A stretch of 64,000 nucleotides of DNA from Perna viridis (taxonomy: Eukaryota): assembly GCA_037379345.1 (NCBI GenBank), contig CM074515.1, positions 25,668,001 to 25,732,000 on the forward strand, read 5' to 3'. The notes beneath the pieces were generated by a model. The model was not told where the DNA came from. It made no database searches and worked only from the letters and a program-made list of their open reading frames with translations. This document shows positions 26,133 to 38,100 of the stretch, piece by piece; positions within the stretch are counted from its first letter, which is position 1, and each line of letters starts with the position of its first letter. The translations under genes and the position numbers were made by a program.

Positions 26133-29100
26133 TCAGGAATATATAGTGATAACTTCATGTCCACTTCCTCGTACCATTAGCACCCGATCAATTCCTTCAG
26201 TTAATACCTCTAAAAACTCCATATCTAACAGATAATTAAGGAAAAACCTTAAAATGCTGATAAAAATGGCACATTATCACCTGAAAGCAAATTTAATAAG
26301 ACATGTAGTTATTTTCAAATCTATGAGAAGGATATCTCCTTGACTACACAGTAGTCTAGAGTTTTAGAACATTTCTGCTTACCACGAGTGATCTGGCATG
26401 GAATATACTAGTATATTATATACAGTTTTCCCCAGGCTAAATTTCACATTCCGCAAAGTAACCAGAAAAGGGAGTTCAAGAACACTAACTACATATCATC
26501 TTTAAGCATTTACAGGTTGATACTATCATCAGTTTTACTGCCCCCAAAATGACCTACAAAAACAAAATTCTAACTTTCTTTCCTTTCATAATAGCAAAAC
26601 AGGGAACCTTTAATAATAACAAAACACACTTTTGGAAAAAATTGTCATATAGAAAGACAGAACATACAAAATATGTACAACAGATATATTTGCACATAAA
26701 AATAGACAGAAGAAAAAATTAATGCCCCTAGAAGCTTAAAAGCATTAATGTGTAATAATGATGAGATTTTTTATGAAGGATACAGTTTAGTTCTCCTGCT
26801 TGTGACTTGGGTGGAGCCGGGAGATTCAATATCACAAGTTGTGCTTCATGAGATTTCTCTAATATTACTTCATTCAGCCTTACAGCTGTATGCATTCTTC
26901 TCACATTCTTCTTATCTCTGAAAAACAAATGCAAAGTTACGAAATTAAGGATGAAAACCATTTGCATTTACTAGTGTAAAGCATGATTCATATGTATGAA
27001 GTTAGTTCTTGTTTGAACATTTACTAACAGTCTGATCAATGCAAATTCAATTTTTTGTAATGTTGAATTGAATAAAATGTATTACAGACTGTATACATAC
27101 TATAAAATAGTTGGTGTTTTTTTGTAACTTTCTGGTCAATTAAAGACAAATCATTTGCCATTGTTTTTTTGTTTTGTTATGTACATGTATTGTTACAGCT
27201 TCGTTTTTTTCAAATAATGGAGTGATGGAAAAGCTTTGACAAATACCTTATTTAGATGTATTCGAAGATGAGCATTTCTTATGGTTTGATATTGAATTGA
27301 TTGGTTTAACTAAGGCCAGCTATAATTGATTTCTTGGTTCTGAAATGCTCCCTCATCTAATGTGAGACAGCCTCAGAACCCATTTTAACCAAACCACCAT
27401 CATAGTTTTTCTTCCTATCAACAATGTTAAAAGTGTGCTTATCACTTTTATTAGGAAAAAAATGTTTCCCACCTTTTTTCTTGTTTTCATGAATAATGAC
27501 CTGAGAATCAGGAAATTTACTTTGAATGGCCTATTAAGAGATTTGTAAGAAATACTTACGGTTTGATACTTAGCAGATCATTTGAAGGATTGGTAAGAGA
27601 TGTGACTGACTTAGAATTATTTGATGGTGTAAAAGTGAATTGATTTTTATCAATTGTATCAGTATCTGTGGAACTCTCAGAAGGTCCATCCTCATCTACT
27701 GTCTCCAGTTTGGCTTTCAAATGCATTGGTGTCTTTAAATGTGAGGAATCTATGATTGTCTGTGGCTACAACATAAATTAATTTTACATGAAATGACAAA
27801 AATGTCCTAATATTATTCAAAAAATCAGTATGATTTCAAGTGACAGATAAAATAAAAAAAAACAAAGACAAGATGGAAGGATGGATACCCCTATCACTGT
27901 AAAAACACGAAAAAGGTTTCTTTTACATTGCTCTAATAAATATCTTTGGGTAAAACAGAACATTTCATTTTGTTATATTTCAGACTGACAGTGTATGAAA
28001 TGTCTTAATTAACTCTGAATCTCTATAATATAATCTAGATCACATCAAATTCTTACCTCCAGACCTGTTTTTGATCCTCTCCTCAGAACTTTCAACATTT
28101 CTGATCTTTGTTCCATCATTAATGTTCTCTCATAAGTATAGGCTGATATGTCACTGTTACTCTGCAGAAGAAAATGTTCTATATTTATATATATAGACCC
28201 AGGTGCAAAATGCTTCCCATAATATAATATAAACAGACCCACACGGTAAAAGCATTTTAAAGACTTCCACACTGTTAAATTGATATTGTATTTAACATGT
28301 CATCATGTTACCTTTTATAAGCTACGGGTTTGGTAATGCTAAATTGAATGTCAGAATCTGAATGACAGATATATTTAAAACCATTTTTTTAAATATTAAT
28401 GTTATAAAATAAAAATTAAAAAAATATATATATCATAATGGTGTAGCCTATAATGATACAACTTGCGAGACTGAGAGTGATGGAACCATAAACCTCCCCT
28501 TACTTGTTCGAGGGTGTCAAAAAGATTAATTTACTTACCATTTCAACTACTTCCACTTCGGCAGTGATTCTCAGCTGATACATAAACGTCTCTAAATCTT
28601 TCTTCATTTGTACTGTATTATCCTCAAGTTCTATTATTATGTTAAAGAAAAGTACTGATCTAAATCTATTCTGAAAGGTCTTGTACTGTATAAGTTATTG
28701 TGGTACTTATTGATTTCTTTACAAATGAAAGGAATTGACAGAGCTTGGTTCATGTGGTAATTAGGTTCTTCATATCTCAAACCCAAATTTGTCTATTTTT
28801 AAAAAATAGTGTGAATTTGTATTTTTGTTGGGAATGGGAATTATTAAAACATTTCAAACAAACAGATTCTACTGCTTCAATAATTGTGAACTTTTCATGG
28901 CTTTTTTTGCCATATTTGTAACAGATAATTTGCAATGAATTAACTCTTTAAAATTGTTATAATACTCTATACAAGGGGAAGAAACTATAACAATGACTAC
29001 AGCAAAGATTTCACAAACAATTGTAAACATACTAATTTTTGTGGTTTACCAAATTTCGCTGTTTACGTGGCAGACAGAAAGCCGCTAAAAATAGTACTCA

Positions 29101-32100
29101 CGAAATTGGTTTTTCACCCTATATAACGCTATTCATTGTTTGAATCCGCAAAACTTAATATGATTACTGTATTCCAGGACACAAATATGGAAAAAAACAA
29201 ACAATGCAACAAGAGAATATTAATCTGGTGATAACAGACACCTCCATTCGAAGTTCTCAAAAAAAGGAAGGGCCATAACTACAATTATACACCATAACTT
29301 ATCTTGACCAGTACTTTCTTGTCCACAATATTGGGTTAAAATTCACAAAGGTTTGGCCCAGCAGTACTTCAAATATTACCCAGAAATTAAAAATGATGGA
29401 TGAACAGACAAACAAACATGACGATCATCATATATCTTTGACTAATACAGAGAAAAAGTGAATACAACACAACATTTTTGTTTGCCAAAGGATACGAGCT
29501 ACAGTAAATATCCTCAGTCTACAATTTTTGAATGTTTTATGCTGTTTTAGTAAGAATGGCAGTAACATCAGCATGCCGCCATCATGTACTATCCACCAAA
29601 TATCTACAGTACCGGTCAACTTCTCCGATGTATCTGGGAACTGATTAATTCCTTTCACAGCTAACAAGGCCATCTGACCGGCATTTATGTTCTTAATGGC
29701 ATCTACAAAGATAAGGTTATACCTAATGAATATCAATTTTAGAACATGTAACAATGTAATATTTCTTTTAATTCCAGTAGATACAAAAGTAATGGTAAAT
29801 TCATGATCAGCACTTCCAGGGGACATTCTGTCTATTTAAAAACTTCAAAATAATAAAAACATTTTTCCCAGATAGCATAAGTTTAAAGATATTGAGAACT
29901 ATTACTTTTTCAACACACAAATGTAAATCTGAAGAAATATAAACAGACATATTTCAGTAGCATAGGAGTGTCAGATTATATTACATTGCATTTAAATGTA
30001 CTGATATAAGAGAATTTAGAGGGGTCCAATGAGATTCGATGGCAACAGTTATTGTTCATATTTTTTGCTGATATTTGGCCAGTTTCTGAAATTGCCACCA
30101 TCAAATTTCTAAATGACCTAAATCAAGGTAATCAAGTTGGACACATACCAACAAAAACTTTGTAACTTCTCTCCTCCCCACTATGTCTCCAACCATATGG
30201 CCAGCCTATCATAACTGTATTATGACGTAATCCTCCTAAACCAGAGTTTTGTATTCTGTAAAAACAGAAGCATATACTTCTAGTATGTATTAAACTACTT
30301 TATCATAATCTTAAAAAAAAAACAAAAAACAACAGAGTTCTGTATCTGTGCAGCCATTTTTATTATATGCCAATTCCAGTCCTAGAATTAGTTTAAAGGA
30401 TATCATATTCATTTGAACTTTTGGGAATATGATTAATTGCTTCTTTTTGAAAGGCAGACACTACATGGTATTGCACCTATTTTTTATAAATGTAAAATTG
30501 CACTTCTTCTTTGAAGAATAAATTTTTAGAACTTCCACAATAAAACTTACAAATGACAAAGTCCATCGGTGACATCTTTAGCAATGACAACATCGGCAAA
30601 TCCTTTGATACCAGTGGTTTCTATTAGTTTATTAAGAGACTGTTTAGCTGCCTGGGCATCAGCATACTTCTCACTATAGTCTCCTTGTAATGTTGAGTTG
30701 ATTAAGGTCAGTCCTTTACCTATGGGAAAAAGGAGAATTTGTATACGATCTGTCTTTCATCAAGTTTTTGTAGCACTAACATTGGTAACATGCTTTTGTC
30801 ATATATATACCAAAATGTAATTTCAAAACATGAAATTGCACTCGTTGTCATGCGAAGTATTCCTCCTCTGGAGAATACAAGTCCCATGAAACAAGGATAT
30901 GATATTGAAGATAATTGCTTGTAAGGTATTCCTTATCTAGTAAAGCACTATACCACATTTTGAAATCAATTTGTCTAGTGGCAGCTGAGATTTTTTGCGA
31001 CGAAAAATGGCCAAGTCCCACAAAACAGAGAGTTTATGTTGGACAGCAACCAAAACCATTTACAACATATGCCCCATTTACAATTATCAGCTGGAAGCTG
31101 AAATAATTGCAACTTAATTCCAACAGTTGGACGAACAAGGTGATTCCAATATACCACCCACACACGGAGTAGGAGTAAATTAAAAAGGAAATGAGAATAT
31201 CATGATTTAAGTTCCATATAACATACAGTGTAAATCAATTCATTCCACAAATGACCTTTTTACACTTTTCACATGAAGTTAGAAAAATTGCATTACTATT
31301 GTCTTAAATGCATGCTATATGAATGGGTACTGATACACATGTTTTTTTTTTCTTTCAGCTTCAAAATCCCATGTCTCAAATATGATTTTGAATATTGTAA
31401 TTTTGATATGAATGTTTTTTTAAAGTTGCAATGAGAAAACTTTTTTTCAACAAAGAAATCGTGATATATCAGGTAAGTTTGAGTTTTTGCCATCTTTTAC
31501 TTACCAGTAGCACTTAATTAAAATCATTATGATCAAAACAAATATATGCTTTATACATGATTCTTATTGACTTAATATTGTATTGGAATAAAGCATATAC
31601 TCATGAATATGAAAAAAGAAAAACATGAAGTTGCACAGGTTGTCGTGTGTATATACATATCACCACTCGTACAGGAAGTTAATATCACACAGCAACTCAC
31701 TGAGTGGGGGTAAAATAATGTAACAAACTTTCCAAGATATCATTCAGTGGTTGGTTCATCTTTTTTAAGACATTTGATTCAAAAGTTGTGTAAAAGCCAA
31801 TGAAAATTAATCTCTTTTTGGTTTATTGAACAAAAAAAGAAAACAATATAAGAAGTATTGAAATTTTTTACCTGCTTTCAGTTGACTGGCAAATGTGACC
31901 ATTTTAGGATACTTTGGTGTCAAATCGGTGTTCATCTTCATTAGCACCAGCAACTGAGGTCTAGAAAAACAATTACTCAATTATTAACTACAAATTAGTA
32001 CCAGTATTTATGGAACTGAGAGGTTTGCATGTGGGTATTTGATCGAAAAATATAGCCCACATGCTTAGACAACTAATATTTTGTCAAAATTTGTCTTAAT

Positions 32101-35100
32101 CAGCATTTATGGTAGAAATATTTAACTATATATATTAACAAAGAATGTAGCCAATATTTCCTTCATAGAAATGTCACAAAAGCAAGTTTTTTTTGTTAAT
32201 TTGATCAAATTTCATCCTAAAGAGTGGGAGTATAAAAACAATCCTTACAAAGAAGAAATACTTTCTCCTTAAAAATATTGAACAAAGGAAATCAACCTGT
32301 ACTCCAGGAAGTTTTAAAACAAAGACTACCAAAACAAGACTTACCTCCAATTCTTGGTGTGTGGAGGTCCTTGCTGTAGTCGTAAGAGAGAATATCTAGC
32401 TGCTGACATGGCCAAACCACGGATTCCATCACCCCATTCCTTTTCAGCACTGAAAAAATTTTTAAAACAGTACAAATGTTATAAGTATAGCTAAGAAACT
32501 AGTTTCACTAAATGTATATTAAATAAATTAAAAAATAATTGTGATCTTTTATATCTGTTATGTACTAAAAAAAATTCTGGTGGTACCTTTCAGTAGCTTA
32601 GAAGGGTAAAAGTACCTGGTAAGGCCTCTTAGTAAAAGGCCTGAAGTGGTATACTTATTGCATTTTAAGCAACAAATTTTGGGTCCAAATGTCACAAAGC
32701 TTGTAGCCCTACATATTGACAGAGATAGAAGTGAAAGCCTGTAATATAAATTCTACACTCACGGAACAAAATTGTGCGATTAAGTTTGGGACAAAGGCTT
32801 AAGACTTTAATCAAATATTATCCAGTTAAAAGCAGAAAAAAATATTATGAATATCAAAATTTATTTATACAAACCCTTTGTATTCAATATATTTGTATAT
32901 CAGAGCAGCAAGACAAATGGCAGTAAGAGCATAGTACCAACTAGATATAAACATCAGGGTTATACACAGGGCAAGCCCTAGTAATGATAGAGTCCTGAAA
33001 TATAAATGTCAGGGTTATACACAGGGCAAGTCCTACTAATGATAGAGTCCTGAAATATAAACATCAGGGTTATACACAGGGCAAGTCCTAGTAATGATTG
33101 AGTCCTGAAATATAAAAATATGGGTTACAGAATATACAGGTCAAGTCCTAGTAATGACACATTCCTGATGTAAACATCAGGGTTATACACAGGGCAAGTC
33201 CTAGTAATGATAGAGTCCTGAAATATAAACATCAGGGTTATACACAGGGCAAGTCCTAGTAATGATTGAGTCCTGAAACACAAACATCAGGGTTATACAC
33301 AGGACAATTTGAAATCCTGATAACATATTTTTCTACTTTATAACTCATATTCAAATAGGACACGAAAATTTGTGAATTAAAATGAGAGAGTGCTCCATTT
33401 TTAATTGCACATCTATATAATATTTGATAGAAACTACAATAATAACCTACTTAATAGTACTTACCAGTGATAAAACTGGAACCTCGGTCTCCAACTTGGT
33501 GTTCTTAGTAATGTCTGTAAAGCACAGGCCATGTTTACGAAACCATAGCACATCAAGAAAAACCTGTAATGAAGTTCAAAATAAGACATTCTAAAGTCAT
33601 TATTATATTTTCAAATACAGATTTAATTGTTTTTACTTATTTATACAATCTAACCTTCAATAAACTTAGTACAATAAAAAATTACTCAGCAGTCTATCTG
33701 CCTAAAACTTCCCAACAGGACATTACGAGGCTAACATTCTGTGTGTGAGTATTCAGTACCAAGCAAATGTAAAACTAGGCTTTGATTTAAAAGTTTTTCT
33801 GCTACATCAAATACTGTAAACACATTAATTTTCCTGGTGAACACATTTTTGTTATACTCGTGGCAGATAGGAAAGCACAAAAAATAGTACCTGTGAAATT
33901 GATTTTTAACACTATAACAACCATGAAAGTTGACACCAGTGAATATATTCACTTGACAGAATCTGTGAAAATCAACAACTGCTAAAATTAATACCTTTAC
34001 ATTTATTAATGAAAAATTCACTGCAAAAAAAATGAAAACAAACACAAAAGACTGAAGACACACAGTCTCTGAAGGACATATGGACAGGACAATAGATAGC
34101 AAGGAAAGAGGGGAGACAACTACAACAACCCATAAAAAAATACCTACATTGTTATGATAGGAGCAACATAATCCAGATTAGCTATACAGATGCCTATCTC
34201 TGATATCAGTACAGTCAGTAATAGGGCTCTAAATGGTTCTCCTCTCTTGGTAGTCACACTGAAGATGTTCAGGAACGGCAACACTCCATCACAGGCAATG
34301 GCTTGGAGTAAACGAGGGGCACCTATAAACGGAAGTTTTAACTGTAAAATAAGATTTAACCGCAAGGCAAGGAGTAACCTAAGGCCAGCTAGGATTAGTG
34401 GTAAAATGGACATTTACAGTAATAGAACTGTGTAATTTAAATGTTTGTTCCTGTAGTGCAAATGTATTTCATAGCTATAACTTATTCTGATGCCATTTAC
34501 AGGATTTCCCATAATATTTTAGTCCAGGAACTTGTCCATGCAATTGACGTCTTTCATGAGCGTTTCTTGTTTTGCCCAAGGATTTTGCTTGTCAGCAAGG
34601 TTAATACCAGAAAATTTTTGGGCTGTTTATTATTAATAACCCCTTATTATGCCTAATCTGCACTTCTGACAATATTCGTCTGCAACCCTAATATTTGTTG
34701 TCTTTCGTTATATCGGAAAGGGAACTATGTTACACAAAAGGATAACTCTAGCTTTTACCGTAAATGTTCCAGTAATTCGAAATCTGACGATCAGCAAACC
34801 AACAGTAATTTTTCATAGTTTCATAGTATTTTCACACTTCACTTGTCAATTGTAATTGAATTATAACATAACTTTATATACTTTAATCATATCTAAAGCT
34901 GATAATAAAAAGCTTTATTTACATTTTTATAATAGTTTTCATATGGTAATTTTCATTAGAATCACAGCCAGAAAACACTACACAACAGTTCCCATTATTA
35001 ATGAGTTTAAGACTTTCATATAACTATCTGTGGTTTCAATAGTAAATTCAATATAAAATTTGAGATTTAACAGACACCTACAAATTCAAGATATTTATTA

Positions 35101-38100
35101 TCCACAAAAATAAGTTACTTTATTTGTGGGGGCTATGAATGAACAAGTGCAAAACTAAGGTTTATGCAAAACTTAATGTAGCAGACACAACTTTGGTCTC
35201 CATTTATGACAAGACTTAAGTTTTCAATGAGGTCATCACTGTTTATCAAAGTACAGTTCTGTCTAAAAATCATGCTGAGTGTGATCTATAACTAATTGAT
35301 ATTCAACTTTCAGTAGCCTAATCTGTATTCAATAGACCACTTTATTAGTTCCAGCATTGTCCATTTTCTATATTAATGTTGTATACATGAGACTTTATAC
35401 TGATAAATGTTAATCTAAGTCCATTTTTAGTGGTCAATGTTCTCTACTCTTTTCATAATAGAAACCAACTACAATTTAGCTCTTAATATCTACTAAACCA
35501 CATTTAACTGACACTTTCTTTGTTGAAAACCCAGTCTTCTGAAGGAATTACAGTCAAAATGTTTTGGTGTACACTAATTATCAGCTTTTGCATGATTGCT
35601 AGATGAAGTTATACTCAAAAATTTTAAATGGATATGCAAACTGATTGATTGTTGGTGTTTTTTTATATTTTGTTACCTTATCATTTGTTGATGTTGAAGT
35701 CAGTATGTCATCTACTATTCAAAATGTAATACTGATCTAACCTGTTAAACTCTGTAATCCTGCTCCAAGAGTGGACAAAAATGAACCAATCAAAATCACC
35801 CATTCATTTGGCCAAGAAAGTTTGGCAACAACCAACCCAGCATTTATACTCTCTCCAAACCTGCAATAGTTTGGAAAATACAAGACTCATGAGAAAAAAA
35901 TGTCTTGACGATTAACATAACCAATATAAATTCTTCAAAAGAAATTCATTACCTATGATCATGGGCGAAAGATAATTGGCTACTTCTTTTGTAATTACAT
36001 GTAGTCCATTTTTCAATGTTCTGCTTGATCCTGATTAATTTATTCCTCACATTATTTTGATTATTATCATTCATTACAAATTAAAATGTTGAGCCATACT
36101 TGCTATGGCACAAAGCGTCATCAGTATTGCATCTCATTCTATCAGGGTCAATCTGATATTGATGGAACTTCAGAGCGGACTTAATTCTATATTTTCATCC
36201 ATGCACTTTTTAGTTCCTAGGTTATGTATGTGACTTTTTCTTCACACATTGTCTTCATGGTGTTCTCTTCTGTGTTTAATTCAATACACAATATATACAT
36301 GTATACAGGTATTATACATGTATTTCATACTGTTGTATAGGAGTGGTATCCTAATTGCAAACTATCACCATTGGACCATTACTCTGACATCACAGTATAC
36401 ATTTTCTTCAATGAGAATCATTGCATTTTATAATACAACTTCATGGAAAATTTCCTGATGATCTCTTCATCAATTCCCTCTTTCTAAACAATCTAAATAT
36501 GAAAATATATCTTACTTGTCTCTCATCAAATCTCCTTCAATCAAAGCAGCAAAAAATATAACACATGTAACATCTAGATTTGGTTAAGGATAAATACTAA
36601 ATTACTGGTAATGAAAAAAACAAGAAAAATCCTGATATTGTCACATATGAAGGTATTTTTGTAAGTGGGTATCATTTGTTTATTAGTCAAAATTTCATTA
36701 TTTGTAGTTTTTAACTTGTGGATTTTACTACCACTAGTTTTTGTAAGGGGTTTTACATATTGATCAAGTTTTAGTTTTCAAGGTAGACTGAAACCCCAAT
36801 TAAAGCAAAAAATCATTAATTTGACCATGAGAACAAAGTTCAAAGTCAAAGATCACCAATCATGGTATGCGACACATCGGCTGGAGCTGATGTACTCTAA
36901 TGCCAAATAACAAAAGCCTACACCAAAAGATAAAAAAAGTTACGGTCCAGACACAAAACTGCCATGCAAAAATCATTAATTTGATCTCGACCAAATATCA
37001 AGGTCAATCACCAACCAATGTACAAAACACATTGTCTTGAGCAGATCTATCCTCATGCCCAATGTCAAAAGCATATACCAAAATTCAGGACTGGCATGTC
37101 ACAATCAAACCATAGAAAACTGTGATAGGTAAAAGGATACAGACAAAAGATGTTGTGGTAATAGCTAGAATGGTTCCCACTGGTATAGATCTAGAGGCAT
37201 CAGCCAAATCTCCTGACCTGTTAGATCCTGCCATTATACCTGTCAAAAGAATATTGTTATTCAGCATATTCTGATTTATGATACACGACTACCATATACT
37301 TTATCCTTACAGTGCAACAGAAAGTTCCATATTGGATGTTACTACAAAAGTAGTTCCTCACAGTCCAGATCAACTATAAGCTTTTTTGTATTGGACACTC
37401 AAAAATTAAGTTCTACAAAAAACAGCTTCACCATCAATTACTACTTGCAAAAGAAAGACTGGTTGACTTTGGTATTTTTTTAGTACAATGAGAGTTATCT
37501 TTTGTGATATAATGAAACTCTTCAATTGAATAATGGAAAGTAGTCAAAATTCATCATTTTTATTTGATACAAATGTATAAAAATCTGAATGCATAACAAT
37601 TTTTTAATTTCTTAATGGGAGTATATATATATTTGTTGTGCTACATCTCATCAAAACTTCTAACAGTGCTTAACAGGAATAGATTGTAATTTGAAATTCA
37701 CGAGTTATTTTCAAATTTTGTCCAGTGAATAAGTTTATATTTAAATGGAATTATTAGAACAGTCTCAAGAGATATTAAAGGTGCTGGAAGCAATAAGATG
37801 TCTCATAACATAGATCATAAACTAAGGTGGATTGATGGCCAATCCCCAATTGACAACTTCTAGCAATGGATTTATTATTCAGCAGTACAATGCCATCAAG
37901 TCATGATACAGGGATATTATTTTCTTCTCTAAAAAAAAGAAAAAAAAACCACTTTAAATGCTTTGTTCTAAAGTTATTCTGATGTAAATCAGCATTTAAT
38001 TCCCAGACTTCATTTCTATTTAGGGGTTTTATTGTTAACATTATGTAACGAGTGGATATGAACATGTAGCCATATATGAAATTAAAACCAATATTCCAGT

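Noticed and set aside
32946-33322. CRISPR-like appearance of the regular repeats (also 39943-40350, 46355-46950, 52324-52487)
   Set aside because: Head-to-tail units with no unique spacers, no cas genes, and a eukaryotic intron context.
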